From the NCBI GenBank assembly GCA_043228905.1, contig JBHGNT010000013.1, positions 9,672,001-9,736,000 on the forward strand: a stretch of 64,000 nucleotides of DNA, read 5' to 3'. The DNA is from Azolla caroliniana. Taxonomy: Eukaryota; Plantae; Polypodiophyta. The notes under the pieces are model-generated. The model had not been told where the DNA came from and did not search any database. It saw only the letters and a list, made by a program, of their open reading frames with translations. Below, piece by piece: positions 60,230-64,000 of this stretch. The number at the start of each line of letters is the position of its first letter. Positions within the stretch are counted from its first letter, which is position 1. The position numbers and the translations under genes were made by a program.

Positions 60230-63200
60230 GCACTATGCTTCCGCACACCCCGACTCTACTAGAGTTAGCATTCTTTACATGGTATCAGAGTGTGTGGGTG
60301 TGTGGCTTGGAGATCCTTCATTGACCTCTACCATTGAAACAATGTAAACAGTTAGAGACACCATTCCAAACCGGCTATTGTCATTGTAGTGTTGTTGCAC
60401 GGCAAGAGGTGTATGTCAAGAGCATATGAATCCAGCTAAATCAGCAAGATGTATGCACAGATGGGTGGTGCATTCTTTGTTGGAGGGTGGCAGCTCCAGA
60501 CCTGCACTCTCTTTCATATTTATTATCTCTGTACTACATTCTCTCTTTTCTCAGATTCTTCTCTCTCTAGAATCTGCAACTCTTTAAATGCCTTTTCTCT
60601 CTCTAGAATCTGCAATGCTTTAAATGCCTTTTCTCTCTTCTACCTTTTCCAAGATATTCCTAGTTTTTTGTACCTGTTTGGTAGTACAAGAGTCACTTAA
60701 CTACCAAACAGCCATTTCACCCACATTCCCCAATTTTGTATAAATAGGCTATACCAGCCTCTTTTGTAGAAGTTTTCATTTTCTTTTTTGCTACTTAAAA
60801 CAAGCTCTATTCCTTGGCTGTGTCTCTACTCTTTGCAACCATTTTTTCTACTGCTGTCTAACAGCCTTCTCACAGCTTGGCTGTGCCTATTTTGTTTTAA
60901 GTCTTCCGCTGCTGCTATTAGCAACTTTTCTCACATTCTTTACATGGTATCAGAGTGTGAGGTTTTGCGATCCTTCACTGAGCTCTACCATTGAAACAAT
61001 GTCAACAATTAGAGACACCATTCCAAACCAGCTATTGTTGTTGTAGTGTTATTGCACGGCAAGAGGTGTAGTCGAAAGCATATGAATCAAGCTAAATCAG
61101 CAAGATGAATGCACAGATGGGTAGTGCACTTCCAACAAAAAAGTTGGACAGGCACAACTATGCATCTTGGGAGTATAAGATGCACCCTTACCTAGTCAGC
61201 CAAGGTTACTGGAGTTATATCAAGGGAGCTCAAGAAATAGCCCCCGATCTTATAAACCCCAATTACCCCATGTGGCAACAGGGCGCCAGCTGGGTAACGT
61301 ACTCCTTGGCAACATGTGTGCAAGATCACATGTTAAGCTATATTTGAGACGCGGGAAGCATGGGAAAACATAAAAAGATTTTTGCAGGTTCAAACACAGC
61401 CCGAAAACTTCAACTCAAGCAGGAGTTGAACAAATATTTGGCAGAGGGATATGTCTATGAACATACCCTCAAGATCAAAGACGTGCACAATGCACTCAGT
61501 TCCATCAACGTCATATTCGACAAAGACGAGATGGTGCATATCTGCCTTGGTGGCCTCGCACATAAGTATGGCACATTTTGGACCGCCATAACAAGGGAAA
61601 ACACCCCCACGCTTTTCGACTTGCAATTCATGTTGATGGTTGAGGAGAACCATGTGGCATCTAATGGACAGATGCTATATACACAGGAAGATCTGGTCAA
61701 GGTCAAGGTCACGGTCGTAGAAATCTGGGGAGGAATGGCCGAGGAAGACGTGGACAAGGTCCACAACAGTTTAATTCCAGGCAGCAAGAAGGTTGAAGCA
61801 GCCGAGGGAATTCCAGCAGAAGGGAGAGCTTCCAGAAGGGAGAGCTTCCACCAGCCTGCATCAACCTGGAAAAACCAACAAACCGAGTGCTGGTATTGTG
61901 GAAATCCTGGCTACTTTGAAGCAAAGTGCCAGAAGAAGAAGAATGACCCGGCAGCAAACAAAAAATGTTGCGATGGCTGGCATAGATAACAAAGTGCCAA
62001 TGTTTATTATGCAACACCAGGTGAATACCATGACAACACGCACTTACCAACCTGATGATGACTGGTTCGTGGACTCAAGAGCCTCAAATCACATCAGAAG
62101 CCATCAAGAATGGTTCATGAATTTGAGGGAACATGAGAGACCCAGCATGGTGGAGACTGGTGATGACTCCACACACGATTGAGCACATTGGAGATGTGGC
62201 CTTTAGCAATCAAGAAAACAAGGGCTACAGCAAGGACATACTACATGTCCAAATGATCACAAAGAATCTGGTCTCAATTGGCCAAATTGTCGGGCAAGGA
62301 ATGCAAGTACGATTCAAGTAGGAAGGTTGCGTCATCAAGGATAAGAGCCAGCTTATCGCTCATGCAAGAATAGAAGGTCACATATTTACCCTTGATGCGA
62401 CCAAGGTGAACTCATGGATGTATGCAAAGGAACTCAAGGCTCAGTCTCGAGTTGTGGCACAAAAGGGTTGGCCATGTGAACCTTGGTAAACTCCGATAGA
62501 TGTAAAACAAAAGGAGTTGTGCAGGGATTGCCATGATTTACTTTGAAAAAACTTGATAATGTATTTGAGACAGAGGTGTGCCAGCAAGGCAAACAAAATA
62601 GGCATCCATTTCCCGAGCGAAAGGAATGTGAGTAAAGGCCTGATGGACATCATCCACTCGAACGTATGGAGCCAGGCTCTAAACGAGACAATCGGTGGGT
62701 GTAGATACTTCGTTACCTTCATTGATGATTATTTGTGGCATACCAAGATATGCCCGATGAAGTCAAAATTGAGGACTTTCTCAAGTTAAAGAATCGCATG
62801 GAAAATGAGATAAATCGCAAGATTCAATGCTTACGGTCCGATGGTGGCCAAAAATACTTCTTAACCGAGTTCACAGCCTTTCTGGAAGAGAAGGGGATTC
62901 GTCGGGAGTTCTCTTGCCGATACCACAAAAAAACGGCATTGTTGAGTAGAAGAATCACACAATTCTTGAGATGGCCTGTTCCATATTGTAGGAGAAGAAC
63001 ATGGCAAAGATCTATTGGGAAAGGCATCGACAAAGTAAGGCCGGCATCAAATCCAACTTGACCTAGCAAGTTTGAGGAAGATTTTTCAAAGGCCCGGAAT
63101 TTTGATGTTAGACATAAGCCCAGTCGTGAATCGGTACCCTTAACAAGATAAAAGGACATGAGAGATGGGGTAAGACCAACACAAACTTGACACCTCTGCA

Positions 63201-63785
63201 TTTTTGTCAACATTTTTTGGATTGGCAAGACCAACCTTGCCTAATCGAGATCAAGTACATAGGAGCAATGTGAAAACCACAATCCAGTAATTCGAACAAC
63301 TTCGACCAAGTCTTCATCTACACCAAGACAAACAAGCTTAAGAGGACACAATTGACCTTGAGGGAGCATGTTGAGGATCAAACTCAACTCATGTGAACAT
63401 GTGCTTATGGAGAAAAGCACAATGTGTGCAAAAGTGTGTGAGCACACTTTATTGTAATCTATGTGAACTATCTAGTTTCTCAAAGAACTAGATTGTGATA
63501 TTTAGCTAGTTGTTGAGTGTAATATGGTCAAAGGATATTAGATATTCTTATGACAGAATCGTACTCGAGTGGATGTCTATGAATAGACTCCAACAACTAC
63601 ACTTAATGTGGTAGTCCCTTGAGGACTTGTATATAAAAGAATTATTTAGTTACTCAAAGAACTAGATTGTGATATTTAGCTAGTTGTTAAGTGTAATGTG
63701 GTCAAAGAATATTAGATATTCTTATGACAGAATCGTACTCGAGTGGATGTCTATGAGTAGACTCCACCAATTGCACTTAATGTCA
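60230..63785 (+). mobile_element. Decayed Copia related to 43968-49627: truncated 5' LTR, duplicated PBS/leader, gag-PR-INT remnants (61105-63020), RT/RH deleted, 3' LTR from 63369
   Basis: MNAQMGSALPTKKLDRHNYASW gag start. PBS TGGTATCAGAG at 60280 and 60945. PPT TGAGGGAGCA then TGTTGAG at 63369. Confidence 0.88.
60478..60935 (+). mobile_element. Solo LTR
   Basis: TGTTGG...CTCACA with TSD TTCTT, TATAAATA at ~60739, CTTCCGC near the end and an internal ~35-bp duplication. Confidence 0.85.
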
Positions 63786-64000
63786 ACTAACTTGTCAACT
63801 AACTTGTCATTTAATAATACCAACTACCTAGGTACAGGCTAGTGCTAGATAGTACTTATCTTGAAGTCAATGACGCGTACTTCAAGACTAAGTACATCGT
63901 AACTTGCCCACAAAATATTCTAGTTGACTTGATTAGCCAATCCTATTACCTATTTCTCTCTTTCCTAAATAAATTGTGTCCTACGCATCTACAGTTTCCT

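Overview
Eukaryotic, TE-rich land-plant genomic DNA; the retroelement types suggest a non-seed plant such as a fern (inference). Two host genes are present: a complete 14-exon cryptochrome-DASH gene (+, 33926-42929) and the last three exons of a p47/PUX-type SEP-UBX gene (-, 57738-58913). The rest is nested LTR retrotransposons, with termini and 5-bp target-site duplications (TSDs) read directly. These are a young chromovirus (2555-8227) inside an older Gypsy carrying a large coiled-coil extra ORF, two related chromoviruses nested in one another (15925-30373 and 18943-25896), three Copia copies, several solo LTRs, and a ~214-bp tandem array derived from an integrase sequence. The young chromovirus is the most striking element. 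Its LTRs carry an antisense tRNA-shaped Pol III cassette (A box, AGGTC variable loop and B box at exact tRNA spacing). It has no tRNA-Met PBS but a 12-nt PBS complementary to its own predicted 5' end, inside a U3/R palindrome (self-priming). It also has a G_UUA_AAC plus hairpin/pseudoknot -1 frameshift signal. The two nested chromoviruses share a conserved structured leader block and an apparent splice acceptor just upstream of gag.
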